Source of the DNA: Dimorphilus gyrociliatus
Lineage: Eukaryota > Animalia > Annelida
Length of the DNA: 64,000 bases
Direction of reading: 5' to 3'
Assembly: GCA_904063045.1 (NCBI GenBank)
Contig: CAJFCJ010000014.1
Location: 1,485,643-1,549,642, forward strand
The position numbers and the translations under genes are program-made. Position 1 is the first letter of the stretch. Each line of letters opens with the position of its first letter. The notes beneath the pieces are model-generated. The model was given only the letters and a program-made list of their open reading frames with translations. It ran no database searches and had not been told where the DNA came from. Shown here in pieces: positions 31,768 to 45,900 of this stretch.

Positions 31768-34700
31768 GATTGTTGAGATAACAAGAATTTCAATGGAAAA
31801 TAAAAGAGATTTCGTTAAGAAATCTACAGTAAAAGAGAGATAAGAATATGAAAAAAAAAGTAAAGAAGGGAGAGAAACATTTAACGTCTAATTTGCATAT
31901 GAATAAATAAAATTTTAATCATATTTAGTCACTTTTCTAATTTAAAAGACTTTTAACGTTATGAAGATTAATGACCTAATAAGGTAATTTTACTATAAAT
32001 GTAGTAGTATGAAAAAAAAGAGAGGAGCCTAATTTCACATTTAGCTTAATTAATTATAGATGTATCTATTTTCTATATAAAAGTGCAATAAATTAGAAAC
32101 GTTTATACGAGTAACAAAGTATAGTAAATACTAAATTTGTAAAACGTTCGTTACATATAATATATATTCAGTCTACAGTTCGTTTCTTAATTTACCTAGT
32201 AGGCAAAATAATGAGTTTTACTTCAATCGAAACTAATTCGAGTCAAACCTTTACCTGTAGCTAAAAAATTTTTAAAAGGAACTTTTATGGTTCCTACCCT
32301 AAACCTATAACTTTATTCAATATACAGTATATATATATATATATTGTATATTTATATATATATATATATCGTAATCAATAAAAGTATAGGGAATAGAATT
32401 TAGAAGAACTAAAAATCATGTAAATAAATATGAAAAGAAGCGATAGGAATCGAGTCGTAAAAATAATTGATTTTTATTATTTAATTTTCCTTTCGGCAAC
32501 ATAAAAGCGAAAGTATTTCAATAAGATTATTATTTAGATTTACTACTAAGATTTTCTCTTTCCCCACTCTTCTTAGTTTAGAACGAGGTGGAAAGGTTTA
32601 AGGAAAGGTAGATATTGTGTAGATTTTGTGATAGGAATAAACATATAGATAGAGTGAATAAGGGTTAGTAAAGCGGCAAGAGAAGAAATATATAGAAACA
32701 TCTCTGGGAGAGAGAGAGAGTGAGCGAGAGGAGAAAAATCCGCTAAAGGATTATTAATTATGACGTAAACCTAAGGCTTCTTTCTTGATTCTTCCCAGCC
32801 TTGGTAAAGCTCCATTCCATAAATTAATTTAGTCGATAAAACAATTGTTATCATCGGGCTTGTTTATTAATTAACTAATACTGTTATATTTGACATTTTA
32901 CATTTAGAAAGTTAAAGAAATTAAGCTAAGTAGTAAAGGTAGGTAAAAAGAAAAGCGTAAGTATATAGATGATGAATGCTACAAAACCTTGAAAACATGA
33001 TATTTGGGAGTTTCTTCTAGGATTCCTGTCGAAGTACTGTATATTATGATATTATATATAAAAAGAGAAGCCGCCAGAAAAAAGGGAAAAAAATCACCTT
33101 TTCTAACAGTATAAAATTGCTTTTGAGTATTTATCTCAGTTTGAGCAAATTTCATCCTTGATTAAATCTAGCTTTGCTATCTTCTTACAATCAGTTACTG
33201 TCAATTGCTGTAATGTCATAATTTTTATTTAGTCATATGAATAAATGGATTAAGGACATTTTACCATATTATCACCTTTAGAAAACAGCATCCTTTCATC
33301 TGTCTCTTCTGTACTTTTCTATATAGACAAAATTCACTACAGGTAACGTGATCAATTTGGGAAATAATCACCAAGTTATTCAACTTATTTTATCAGGGTT
33401 TTGTCACGTGACAATAGTTCCTTATATTAATAGAGCAATTTTGTTAAAATAGAGAGGCCCAGCATGAAAATGAGAGAGTATTAAGGTTAATTGTCCATTT
33501 GTAAGCAACTAGAGTTCAAGCTAAAATAAACGACCCACGATAAGCCTGATACATATATTATATATATGGAGTATTATAACATATATTCACAAATATAAAC
33601 TGAATATATATACGTAATACTGTAGAAATTCACGAAAATTGGTCACTTGTGAATTATAATAGGAAAAATTACCCTTATAGAAATGAACTATAGCAAAAGG
33701 GAGGAAAAGGAGAAAAATAGACTTTTAACATTCGTAAATGTTTCTTTTATCCTATAATTTATTTTAATATCTTTTCAACCAGGCAAAACAGGAAAGAACC
33801 TCTTCCATCGAGTAATCCTGCAAAGTGGATCGGCTTTAAGTTCGTGGGCTATTGCAAAGGACCCTCGCTATTACGCTAAGCACGTAGGCAAAAAATTTAA
33901 CTGCACTATCACCAATATGGCAGCATTAATTTCCTGCCTAAAATCCAAGAATTTCTCCGATCTTATTCAAACTGACATTGACAACTTTAAATATCTATCA
34001 TCACTTGGACCTGTATTGGACCACAGCTCCCTTTTCCCAGGTCGTTTGGAAGCCTTATTTCAAAAAGATACTGCCCTCATTCAACGCATTCCAGTCATGA
34101 TCGGTTTTACTGCCAACGAGGGACAAATACTTTTCAACGACCTGCAATTAAAAGGCGAGTTCTATCATTTCAAAGTTTTGAATATTTAACGTTTTCTCTT
34201 TCCAAGCGCGTCCTTTCTAAACCGCAAATATTCAATTTGTCGAGGATTATCACGCAGTTTTTCAACCCCTTTATTATCATGTAGTGCATTTATTATATAA
34301 ATGGCACTGCTGACAAGCTTTTTAACCATTGGATATGTGTCAAACATCAGAATAATTGAAATATTTATGCTAATCCTTAATTCTATATAAATATTGTAAA
34401 CTTCGAATGCATACATTTGGAGAGGAGACGAAAAATGTCGTTTGTAAATAAAGCGCCATCTTTGAACAAATTTTATTGCCTTAGGTGACCCAGCAATCGT
34501 TACAAGAAGGAAATTACTAGCTTACTTGCCACTGGCTTTAAAGATAGTATACATTTTACTTAAAATTAAAAAGCTCTTTCTTCTTTAAATACAATAATAC
34601 CTCGAGTTCTTTTATGTTAAAATTATTATAATCATTATAACAGTCACTGATGTTTAATTAATAATGCAAATTGTCTAAAGATGGAGGAGGAGGAGGGGGA

Positions 34701-37439
34701 GGAGGAACAGGAGGTAACAAAAAGATAGAAAGCATTTCATCATTTTTTTTTATTCACTCTTAAACCATCTACTCAATTAATTAATAATTAAGTTAGAAAG
34801 GTAGCCTTAAGGACAAGTGGGACAAAAGACTATCTTATTTTATCTCCATTGTAGACTTTTCAATTAAGAGTAACATTTAATCTTTTCTCAGTCAAATAAC
34901 GGTTTTCTTATGGAATATTTAAAATGAATTAATTAATTCTTACATAGACACCTCCAGTGACAAAGTCTGTGAGAGATTTAATAAACAATGTTGATTGAAG
35001 GCAACAAATTTCATTTTCTGGTATGTAAATAGTATACTAAAAATATTATGACCTGATTTGAGGTTTTTAAATCCTCTCCAATCTCTCATCAACTAGGAAT
35101 TTATATTCTGATTTTCATTCGCTTATTATTTTCCTAAAAAACTGAAAAAAATGGAGAAAAAACCACTTTTAACTTGCTTTATTTAATTTATCAATTAAGA
35201 AAATTATTTAATTAAGTGCTTTTTTTGTCTTAAATTTTTACAGAAGGAATTTCAGAGCAGGAAAAGAATAGAATGCTAAGAACATACGTTAGGAATGTCT
35301 ATAGCTATCATCGTCACAAGATTTATGAAATTCTAGCCAATGAATATCAATTATCAGGGAGCGGAGATCCAAAAGCTCTACAAAAACGTCTACAACAACT
35401 AATCGGCGATGGTCAATATATTGCCCCAGCGTTAAGAGTTGTCTCCTATTTAAAGTCGGCTTATATTTACTACTTCTCAAAGGGTCCAAGATCAGCCCAC
35501 GGCTCCGATTTACCCTATATTTTTGGTGCTCCGCTCAATAAGGGAATCAATCCATTTGATACAAAATTTGACAATGATGACGTTTTAGTTAGTGAAGCTA
35601 TGATTAGATATTACAGTAATTTTGCTTGGAGCGGGTGAGATATCACGTGATTTCTTTTAATCAGATAGATTTTTAATGAAACCTTTTCCTTATAGTGACC
35701 CTAATAAACCCGGAAAATTTAAAAACTACGGACAGCATTCTAATAAGACAAAAGTGAACTCTTTCCACAATGCCTACTGGCACTCGCATTCAAAAAAACA
35801 TCCAAGTTATCTTCAGATAGGTAAATTTTTAGATTACTACCATTAAATACAGCAAAGTTCACGACAAACAGACGTATACTCTTAATCAACGAGCTATGCA
35901 ACAAAGAACAAGAGATCTTACTTCCTATTATTGAATATATAATATAATAATAGTTCTATCGCTGAAAGAGTAGGAATATAGGAAGTAGGTGTCCTCCTCC
36001 ATCGGAAATATTAAGCTTTTTTCGCCTGACTAATAGTCGTATCGCGTTAGTTTACAAATAACCGAGAGCGTCTAATTTATGCTTAATAAAAAGGAAAACT
36101 CCCCGGAGCTGTTTCAATATTTTTTCCGAACCTTTGCTTATTTAAAGATGAGGAATAAATTGTAAAATAGTAAAATTCATATCAATGAAAGATCTAGTCT
36201 AGCATAAACTTGTTGAACGTTGGATCATTGGATTTGAGTTAGTTAAGATTAATCAGGAATTTATGTAAATATAATGAATCGTTTAACGTGTTATTTTGAG
36301 GCGTTTAATCGAGAAATTGATGATAATGCTGTAGGCTGACGTTGACGCTTGTTTGTCTATTAAAGATAGCAGGAGACTATTAGGATTAAGTATTTGAAAC
36401 TACCCCATTTGAATACAGTTATGACGGCCATAAAAGGCAACGCGTATAGGCTGGATGTATATCGCTGAGATAACACAAATTATTCTTTGTTGGGGAGGAT
36501 TTATTTCAAGGGAAAAAGAGAATTTGTGGGGGTGGTAGGGTGAAGAAAGACTATCTCTAAGCAGAGGATTAATAGTACTATTTACAAATGGAGGATTTTA
36601 GATTTATCTTTATTAATAACCCTCGTTCGAAGATTTTTCTTCCTTTTTATCGAATGGAACAATAGTTATTACAGTTGAGCTTTAACGATTTTCCATTTAC
36701 AGATTCGAATCTTGTACTTCATCGAACTTTCTTCAAAAAGACAAGGATTTCGACCTGGAATGTAGCGATCGAAAAATATCGATCCAACAGCGGTTCACCA
36801 TCTGCTAAGCATAGACTAGACAATTCCAGTGATATGTCAACTTTTGAAAAATCGGGTACTAGACCTTTAAAACTTAAGCCTATACTACCTCCACCACCTT
36901 TTCCGCCGTTTCTTTCACAGCGACAAACTACTGTGTCGACAAGATACTCAACTACTACTAGCACAAAACTTACAAGTAGTGTAGCTACGTCAACTGTTAG
37001 GAAATTTACGACTAGTACAGTACCGACATCTACTGTTATTTCGAATTTGATAAATGACAAAGGGGAAGTTAGCTTCTCAACTATGTCGCTGTCAATAACG
37101 ATAGCCGTTGGATGCTCGTTATTATTTATTAACGTTATAGTCTTTGCCTCATTTTTATATCAAAGGGAAAAACTTTGGAAGGAGCTGAAAAGGAGACAAA
37201 GAGAATTAGAAGAGAGAGAGCGAGTTGCGAATTCGGGTCTTGAAGAGAGTGATAGACTGACAATAGCTCCATCTCCCAAAGCTCCCGTTAAAGTAACAAA
37301 ATATTACGAGATAAATCATCATTCAGTTCAAAGATCTGCTCCACCTAGTGCTTATCAGACACTTAGTCGAACAACGGCTATACCATTTCAGGAAAATTGT
37401 ACAGATGGATTTGTTACAAGACCTGTAACTCAGGTTTAA
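24281..37439 (+). CDS. Neuroligin (non-catalytic cholinesterase-like adhesion protein); exons 24281-24767, 30720-30809, 31229-31414, 33783-34154, 35244-35634, 35696-35820, 36703-37439
   Basis: EDCLTLNIF, PVLVFVHGENY...GDNYDGSVLA, VTVNYRLGVLGFL and GNYALLDILAALHWVQDNI are present. The nucleophile elbow is GQGYG, with no catalytic Ser. A Thr/Ser-rich stalk, the TM segment LSITIAVGCSLLFINVIVFA and a class I PDZ-binding end (..VTQV*) follow. The start could be 24281 or the later Met of MFIQLVLLVV. Confidence 0.9.
31732..31765. repeat. (GA)n microsatellite
   Basis: About 17 AG units in neuroligin intron 3. Confidence 0.9.
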
Positions 37440-39512
37440 AGTTTTTTCTCTGCAATGTTAATTGTGGGTGCTTAGTTATTTAAAAAAAATAAACAATAGT
37501 AAAAGAAGAAGCAGAAGAAGAAGAATAAGGAGGATGAGGAGAAAAAGATAAAGAGGCGTTCCTCTTGTTTGTTTTTTATACGACTAAATAAAACTGAATG
37601 AAAACTGTTCAGAATGACAAAGCTATTTTTACTTTTTAAAGGAAATATGAAAAATATTTGCTATGGAATTATATTTAAAAAATTCCTATTCTCTTTTATA
37701 TTATTTAATTTTGTATTAGTATGATTATACTATATATTCTTCATATAATGCTGAAAAAAACACACTTACATACAGACTTTCCAACATATCACACTCATAC
37801 CTACAGCAATTTAGTTAATTAAGAAAGATAATAACAAACTAGGCAAACATAACAAACAAATAAAACCTAATAAATAAACAAAACAACCAAAGAAAAGTGT
37901 ATTCTTTTTTAATTTGATATTAAGTTTGTTTCTCGTTAATTCAACATTTTTGTATTCCATATCTGTATGTATTTTTAGATAAGAAAAAACTGTCTATCTA
38001 TCCATACATCTATATATTAATATATATATATATATATAGGTATATAGATATGTTAAAAATATTGATTTGTTCTTGTTCAAAAGCTGGAGAGAGAGCGAGA
38101 GAGAGAGAGAAAGGGAAGAAATTATAAACAAATAAACAAACAAATATACAAATAGATAAAGAGAAGAACAAATAAAAAACAGAAACAAATGACTGACAAA
38201 GTTAATAAATATTTTAACTAAAAGAGAAAAACAAATGAAGGAGCGAAAACAGGATACTTTATTTTAAATATTACATTTGTTAGCAGTTTCTATAAATAGC
38301 TAAGCTTCAATACGAATGTTATAAATAGTATAGTATAAAGAATATATTTTATTTACATTTAATAAGATAGTACTTGGGAAAAAAATTCTTATTCTTTTAA
38401 AATTGTCCTTCTTTTCTATATAGTTTCCATAATTGAATCATTCGAATTGTGGAGAAATTCAGATGATAGAAATCAAACAGTTGATCATTTCGACGAGGCA
38501 ATTCACGTCAAATTTTGACGTTAGAAGACTTGCTACATAATTATCTTTTCTCTTCCTCTTCTGATATCTTTGAAAGGGTACTTGACGATTTATTCATGAA
38601 TCTATATTATTATGATTATTCCTTTTATCAATTAGGAAATATTCAGTTTGCTTTGTTGGGAATGTACAAAGGCTACTACTGTAAAAAAGAAGAAGCTAAT
38701 GTTCTCTAACTTTCTACAATATTCTTTTAGATTTAAAGTCGAAAAGGGAATTATTCATTAAACGCAAATTTCAATAGTCTTCTTTATTTAACTATTTTAT
38801 CCTTGCGTAGAGCCGAAATGGTGGTATTTCCTTTTACATCGTCCCTACTCTATATTGGCTCTTTATGTTCTTAAATATTAATAGGAACTAATAGCCTTGA
38901 CTTTTTTAAAGTTAACCAAAAACAAAGAGGAGTTGATTAAACCTTTTTCTCCTCCGGAGAGTAGTGGGAAAAATAATTTTGCTTCGGGCTTGCTAAGAAA
39001 TAAATATATGCAGCACTTCCTAATCTTCTGTTAGTTTTGAAAGTGAGAGCGAAGAAGAGAGGGGCAGAGGGAGCGACCGAGGTGGAACAAAAAATATTGG
39101 AAATAGGGGAAAGAGCAGGGGAGGTTATGGAAAGAAACAAACTGTTAACGTTCGACGGATAATAGATGGCGTCACTTGCCTATAAATCTTAAAAAAAAAA
39201 CAATACAGACAAGTTTATTACGTACACGCACACCGATACACTTTATTTAACAATAAAGTTTTATTTTACGCAGGCAATGCTTGTATATAAATTCTTTTTC
39301 GAATTCAGAATGCCTGAACACAACATCAATCGAAAAAGTAATCGAGGTTGCTAACCTTGACCTTTTTTCTTAAGGTTTGCACATAAACCCGGCCAAACAA
39401 AAAAAAAATATTTCGTTAAAAAGGCTAGGGAAGGACGAAAGAACGAATAATTTTTATAGTTTTCAAGTTCGTTATTAATCTGCAAGCTAATTTTTTTTGT
39501 ATTTATTCAGAT

Positions 39513-39979
39513 TTAGAACTGGAATTCGGCTGCTCGCTCGTGTTGGCGTTTAACAAGAGCCAGTTTCGATTTAGTATTATGAATCAATGGAGAAGTTTGG
39601 CTCGTGTATGGAGATTTCTGGGTACCGTGGAGCATAAGAGTCCATTCGAATAGGTTTCCAGATTGGAATTCCTCCGACTGTTAGAGACACAAACACAAAA
39701 GAAATAATTAATAAATATAAGTTATATTCATCTCATATTATTGCCTTTCACCGTATTACTGTTATATAATACAATAATCTTTAGAAAAAAGACCACCACC
39801 ACCTCCCTAATCCGATTAAAAAGCAGAAAAGTAGATTAAAATGAAGTATTATTATTAACCTCTCTCTTATTGAGGATTGGTTTAGGTGTTTGCTTGTGAC
39901 ATATTTACGAAGATTCCAGTATCCTTATAGCTTTTACATTTGAAAAATATTGCATATGTAAGAATATACATATAGATAT

Positions 39980-40037
<58 letters not shown>

Positions 40038-42812
40038 CTTTATTACTACTGTATATAAATTAGATATACATAAGTAATGACTATACCTAAATTAATCTAT
40101 ATGCTTTCAAAATATGAGGATTACCTCTGAGCTGAATGTGACAAACAATATCCATTTTCCTCTAGGATTCTCGGCCCAGGAATGAGTAGTCATAAATGGC
40201 CATTTATTAAATCCATCCTTATTATCATCGTCATTTGGTCTCCTACTTAAAATCAACGAGGTTGTATTCATGGGAGATGTCAGATAAATGGTTACATCGC
40301 CTCTTCTTGTTGAATTCAAAGTGATAAAGCTTTGAACATGTTCCAAGTAGTTTACCTGATTCTTTTTACCCCTGCAACCATCCGTGTCTATTTGTAGTTT
40401 CAATGCGTTCTTGGAATCAAACTTGTATACACCTTTAACGGTACCAGCTGTACAATGAAATCTTTCGGGGACAGTTTTCCAATCTTTAGCCAAATCAACC
40501 ATATCTCCAGCATCTAAAACTCCATAGCCAAAAAGATGATTAAATTCAAGACCAGCACCGTTCATTGTCCATTGATGGTGTGCGGTGGGATCTTCTAAGT
40601 GGTTTCTCTTTGATGTAAGGACAGTAAGGTGTTGAACATCTCTCCAAGTCAATTTCCTGTTAGCTTCCAAGGCTAAAGCAAAAACTCCTGCAGCTTCTGG
40701 TGCGGCAGCAGATGTACCTGAATGCTTGGTGGTACATTTTCCATACAAATCAGTGGTAGCTACTCCAGCGTCCTTGTAGCCTATTAAATTATGTATAGGG
40801 TCAGTAAATTTGCTTTTTGTACTCAACATGTGTAAATATAATAGAATTTACCTGGTTTACCGTTGGAAAAGGTAGATGCCAATGTAGAGCTACAGCTTTC
40901 GTCGTAACTAGCGGTTCTACCATCGTTTGTTGCACTGTTTATTGAAATGGTCCACATTGAAGCGGCATAACCATCACAGTTACAATCATCGGAAGGTCCA
41001 CCATCACCACTAGCCCAAACGTAAATTGAACCTAATCCATTTCTACCCTCATTTACTCCCTTTACTATGGCACGCATTGTGGCGTTTCTAGGTCCTAATT
41101 ATACAAATACAAAAAATTTGTTACCTAAAATATTGGATTAGTAAAAAACTAATGAATTTACCATCAACCGTTTTTCCATCATCAGTTGGACCCCAACTTG
41201 CGCTGTAAATATCAATCAAGTCTGGTCTGTGGCTCATTGAGCTAGCTTCGATTAAATCTGTCATGTAAGGTTGATCAAGCATCCTCAGACCAGCAATTTT
41301 ACTATTATAAGCTACACCAACACCACAAATACCATTATTTCTCTTTGCAGCAATTTCTCCGGCACACCTCGTTCCGTGAGAATTGAACCAGTCGTCTGTG
41401 TAACGCGGATATGGGAAGTTATCGTTAGAACTGAAGTCGAAGGAAGCTTCTGCATTGAAATTATCGAAGAGATCAGGATGCATATAATCAACACCATCAT
41501 CCATTATAGCAGTGGTAATGTTTTTGCCGGTATAGCCTTTAGCCCATGCAGCTTCAGCATTTAAATCCAAACCAGGAACTCCTCCTGCTTGTCCAGTGTT
41601 TTTCTAGAAATAAAATATTTTCTTCTATTTATACTTAATCGGTTTAATAAACAATACATACTATATACCATTCCTTATCAAATAAGGGATCTTCTTCATT
41701 AGAGCCTTTTTTCGGTGGAAAGGCATTGATGCTCTCTATTGGCTTTTCTTCGTCCAACAAAGATTTAAGAGGTTTAAAACCTCTTTTAGATCTTTTGTAA
41801 CCAGCTTGTTGAACAGCCGTAGCGATTAAAGGATCGAGTTTTAGGTTCTTAGTATGGCGGATACTTCTCTTCTTCCTATTGGATTTTACTTGCGGGTGCA
41901 TGAAGTGATATTCCCTCTTAGAACCCAACATTGGCATGATCATAAGAAACCCGTTACGGTTAGCAACATCATGGGCTGTTTGATGATCAACGTCTCTCTT
42001 GAAAATTACCTATAAACATTGGAAAAGTGAATAAAAACAATCTCCTATAGAAGTAATTTACATCTTATATTATTCTATATTTAGATATCAGTTATAAATT
42101 AACTAAATTGAACATCTTAACTATGTGTAAATATTATCTAAATATAGCAATAAAAAAACGCTGAGTATTCACTTTGTCATTTTTAAACACTAGGATTGAT
42201 AAACTTAATATTTAATATTACAATATTAGTAACTTTAAAAGAGTGACAATCGTAATCCTTACAATTCTCATAGGTCGAAGACCTTTACGTTGAATTTACA
42301 TAATCACCAGTAATCAAAAAATTTTTTAAATCATCTTTGATACCATGTATAATCTTACTAGTAATTCTAACATATGTTTATGGCTTAAGCGAAAAGGGTA
42401 TCTCTAAAAACGTATAGAAGAGATATTTAACGTTTAATTTACATATATCATCACTTTCTTAATAGATACTAATAATAAGGACTTTCTTTTTATAATTATA
42501 TACGTCCTATCCTTTACAAACATTGTTTGTAGGGGTATTAAATAGCTTGGACAGAAAAAACTTTTTTAACCTCAAAGGCGTTATTTTTATGGGAAATTAT
42601 AGAATATTATACATAATTTTAGTTACTAAATGACATATTTTCACATTTCCATTGCAGAAATATCTTGAATTCATGTTAGAAAAGATAAAATTTAACCGTT
42701 TACCGATACTTACATGCCAGCTGTTTGTCATAACCTCTTCTTCGGCTGCCAAGAAGCTGGTTGAAAAAATAACAAGGTTTAGCAGCCCTATGGCCGCAAA
42801 AAAGCGGGCCAT
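39513..42812 (-). CDS. PCSK2: Neuroendocrine prohormone convertase 2; exons 42812-42714, 42009-41662, 41603-41162, 41094-40852, 40780-40125, 39677-39513
   Basis: Signal peptide and prodomain with RKKR and RSKR sites. Catalytic Asp in IMDDGVDY, His in NSHGTRCAGE and Ser in HSGTSAAAPE. The oxyanion-hole residue is Asp in WASGDGG, which is PC2-specific. P-domain end: EWTLMLHGT. Confidence 0.96.
39984..40033. repeat. (TA)n microsatellite
   Basis: About 25 TA units in the last PC2 intron. Shorter (TA)n tracts occur at about 6129-6160, 26343-26362, 29040-29059, 56712-56735 and 60703-60723. Confidence 0.9.
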
Positions 42813-42864
42813 AATCGAAATTTGATTAGAAAACAGAGCTGCTAATCAGTATAATTTCAGTTTG

Positions 42865-42935
42865 TACGTCAAAAGAAGTAAAACAACCACAGGAAGTTGA
42901 ATGATTAACATAACATTATCTATGCTAGTGACGTA
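42865..42935. promoter_or_regulatory. Two CRE-like TGACGTA sites just upstream of the PC2 start codon
   Basis: TACGTCA at 42865-42871 and TGACGTA at 42929-42935, about 55 and 120 nt upstream of the ATG at 42812. Motif match only. Confidence 0.3.
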
Positions 42936-45900
42936 CTTTATTTCTGCTCACAGGTTCAAAAAACTCTCCATAGCTTTTCGTATTACCCTACTTTTTTTTT
43001 TTAAAGAAAATAAAACAATAATTTTTCAAGATTTTTGTAATTAAACTAGTATCTCTATGACAAATTTTTTTTATAAAAGTAAAGATGTAAAGGTCTATAT
43101 ATACTTCTATATATATATATATATATAGATATATATATAGAAGTATATAAATCCTATATGTAACGCTTATCGATTGAAGGCGTTTCCAAGGAGATGGATG
43201 GAGACGCCTACGCTCATTTATTCTAAATCGGTTATACTAAACTCCAGATTATATTTGCTTTTTATTTCTATTTAATACTATTCAAGATAATTTCTATTTA
43301 TACTAATTATTATAATGTGCACGAAATCATGAAAATATTAATAAAATAGGCCTACTTCTTTCAATAATATGAACTTTTAATAGATAAATTCTTTGATATA
43401 TTTTTAACGGTTTCTCTTATATACCTACAATTTATGTATTCAATTTCCTGTTTGATCAATCTCTCTCTCTCTCAATCTCTGTATAGAGGTAGAGCTTGTT
43501 TTTTCTCTTTGTCTTTTATTTCTTTGTAATAGTAGTCGTATGACGGTAAAAGATATCTTATTGAAACTTTTGTTTACAAGATAATTACCTCTTTTATCCT
43601 TTCGTTAGAATTACGTAATAGCAGTATACTATTTAACAGAGGATTATTTTTAATATATAAAACTTGATATGTGATATAACTGGTAGATAATAAAAACTTA
43701 AAGGCAAGTTTCTTCCAGTATATTGTTCAGTGATAAGGCAGGATTAAAAGTTTTTTAATTATTTTTAATCAGGAAATCCCTTTAATTATGCTCTCTTTTG
43801 TGGTTAATCCATTAAGAGTTAATTGAGGCGAAATATTTTAATCTTTAATAAATGTTAGAAAATGTACCATATTGATCTTAGAAAGTGGAACACAGTCTCT
43901 ATACATTGAACAGCTAATTTCAATAAAAGTTCTTTTCATTCATTTCTTTATAATGATAAGTGGTAAAGAGATTTATTTTAGACCCTTATTGTGAGTCTTT
44001 TGAAAAAGATTTCAAGTAATACGATATTAGCGAAGGTTAATCTATTTCTCTCTCAACAATATTTCTACTTCATTTTCGAATTAAAAAGCCTAATTTTCTA
44101 ACAGATCTACTAATGGGATCGTTGAAAATAGGAATAAGGGGAAAAAGGAGATGAAATAGTAACAAAGTTCAAGGGTTGCTTTATTTAATAAATCTTCATA
44201 AGTATAAGATAGAAAACACGAATAAAGGCAAGACTTTTTTCATCCAAATAACTTTCCTTTTCCTGGCGCCATCTTATAGAAAAAGCTATCGAAATGGACG
44301 GGCAATAGAGGGCGTTGTATTAAAAGATCCATTTTTCTTACAAATTTTAAGAGCTTATAATTAGGGAAAATGAAGAGGATTCACTTATTCATTAAGAGAG
44401 AAGAAAGGAACAGACCCTTTCAACAAACGTCATTATCTATAAATACATAAATAAATTTTTGTCAATTAATAAGCGGGGCTAATTTAGTATCTACAGAGTA
44501 ACATATTCAAAGTTCCTTAATTAAACTTAAGTATATTTTAAAGTATTTATCTTTGAAGTTTCTATGGAAGAGCATGGGATTTCAAAAAATTTTACAAAAT
44601 TAGCCAAGGAATTAGGAGAAAGAATAAAGAAACGAAGAAAATGAAAAACCGTCTCTTAACGCCTAATATTTACTTAGACGGCTCGGGGTATTTGGAAATT
44701 TTAGATTCTTACCCGGAAGGGCGTTATCTTGAGGACACAGGTGGCGCTTCAATAAGGGAAATGGAGGGTTGTTGGTAAATTTTTTTGAAATACGAACGTA
44801 AGAAAGAAATGGGAGTGAAAGGGATAGGAGGAGTATTTTTAGTACGGTATGACAGAAAGGGAAGAACGAGCTGACGGCAAGCCATTCACGAGGGAAATTC
44901 ATTGAAGCACAATAGAACAGTATGCCTTTATATAGAAGACTAGAAGAGAAAGAGGGCAAATGTGTTGCTATTAGTGCGTGTGTTCTACTGTATATAAGTG
45001 TATTTCAGTATGTGTGCGAGCACGTGTATATAAGTATATATATGTATGTATATAAGCGTGTATAAGTGTGTGTATGTGTATGTCTTGTACGTTGTATGCT
45101 TAGTTTGTACTACATATAAAGAAAAAGTGTATATGGAAGTGTTCCGTCGTAAGTAGATAATGAGAAAATTCTCCTTCCTTTGTTAGTAAGTACGAAGAGG
45201 GTTCTTAAATCTCAACGGGTCACTTTATAAAAAACAAGGTTTAATGTTTAAATTCAAACCCAGTACGCTGTTTGCCTGACTCCTATTATCCTGGAGACAA
45301 ACACGCTTGGGGATTTGATGGAAAAATCCTTCGCAATCTCTGCCTCCGTTACCGATATTGGCAGGCCGAAGGCCTAATAAGAACCTAAAAGTTTAAATTT
45401 ACATATGCAAATATGATAATTAGCTTATATTAACAAATAGGGACAATATTTAGTATTAAATGATTGAAAAGGGAAACGAATGACTGTTAGAATTATTTAT
45501 TAAGGGACGGAAAATATCTAAGGGACTACCTATGTCGCACATTTGGGAATACACAATGTGAAGACTATCAAGAACTAATAGGATACTTGACATATTTCAT
45601 ATGATTTATGAATATTTCCAATTACCAAACACCGATCGATTATTTCACACGGACGGATGATTTATCATCTACAATTTATATACTAGTTTAGTTAGCTGTA
45701 ACTTTATAATATACTGTTTTCTGAGGGATATTGAAAACTATTTATATAGGCTGGACGGTGGGAAAGGACAAACTATTATCCGAGCAATACTCTGTGCAAA
45801 TTCGCAGGAAAACGAAATCTAGTCGAATGAAAAAGATGCGGGCAAAATCGAATTGAGAATAGAATGCATGTGGTGGATTGCAATGAATACGCGTCCATCA

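Noticed and set aside
24281-37439. Active acetylcholinesterase or carboxylesterase
   Set aside because: The catalytic Ser of GxSxG is replaced (GQGYG), and the protein has a TM helix plus a PDZ-binding end, as in neuroligins.
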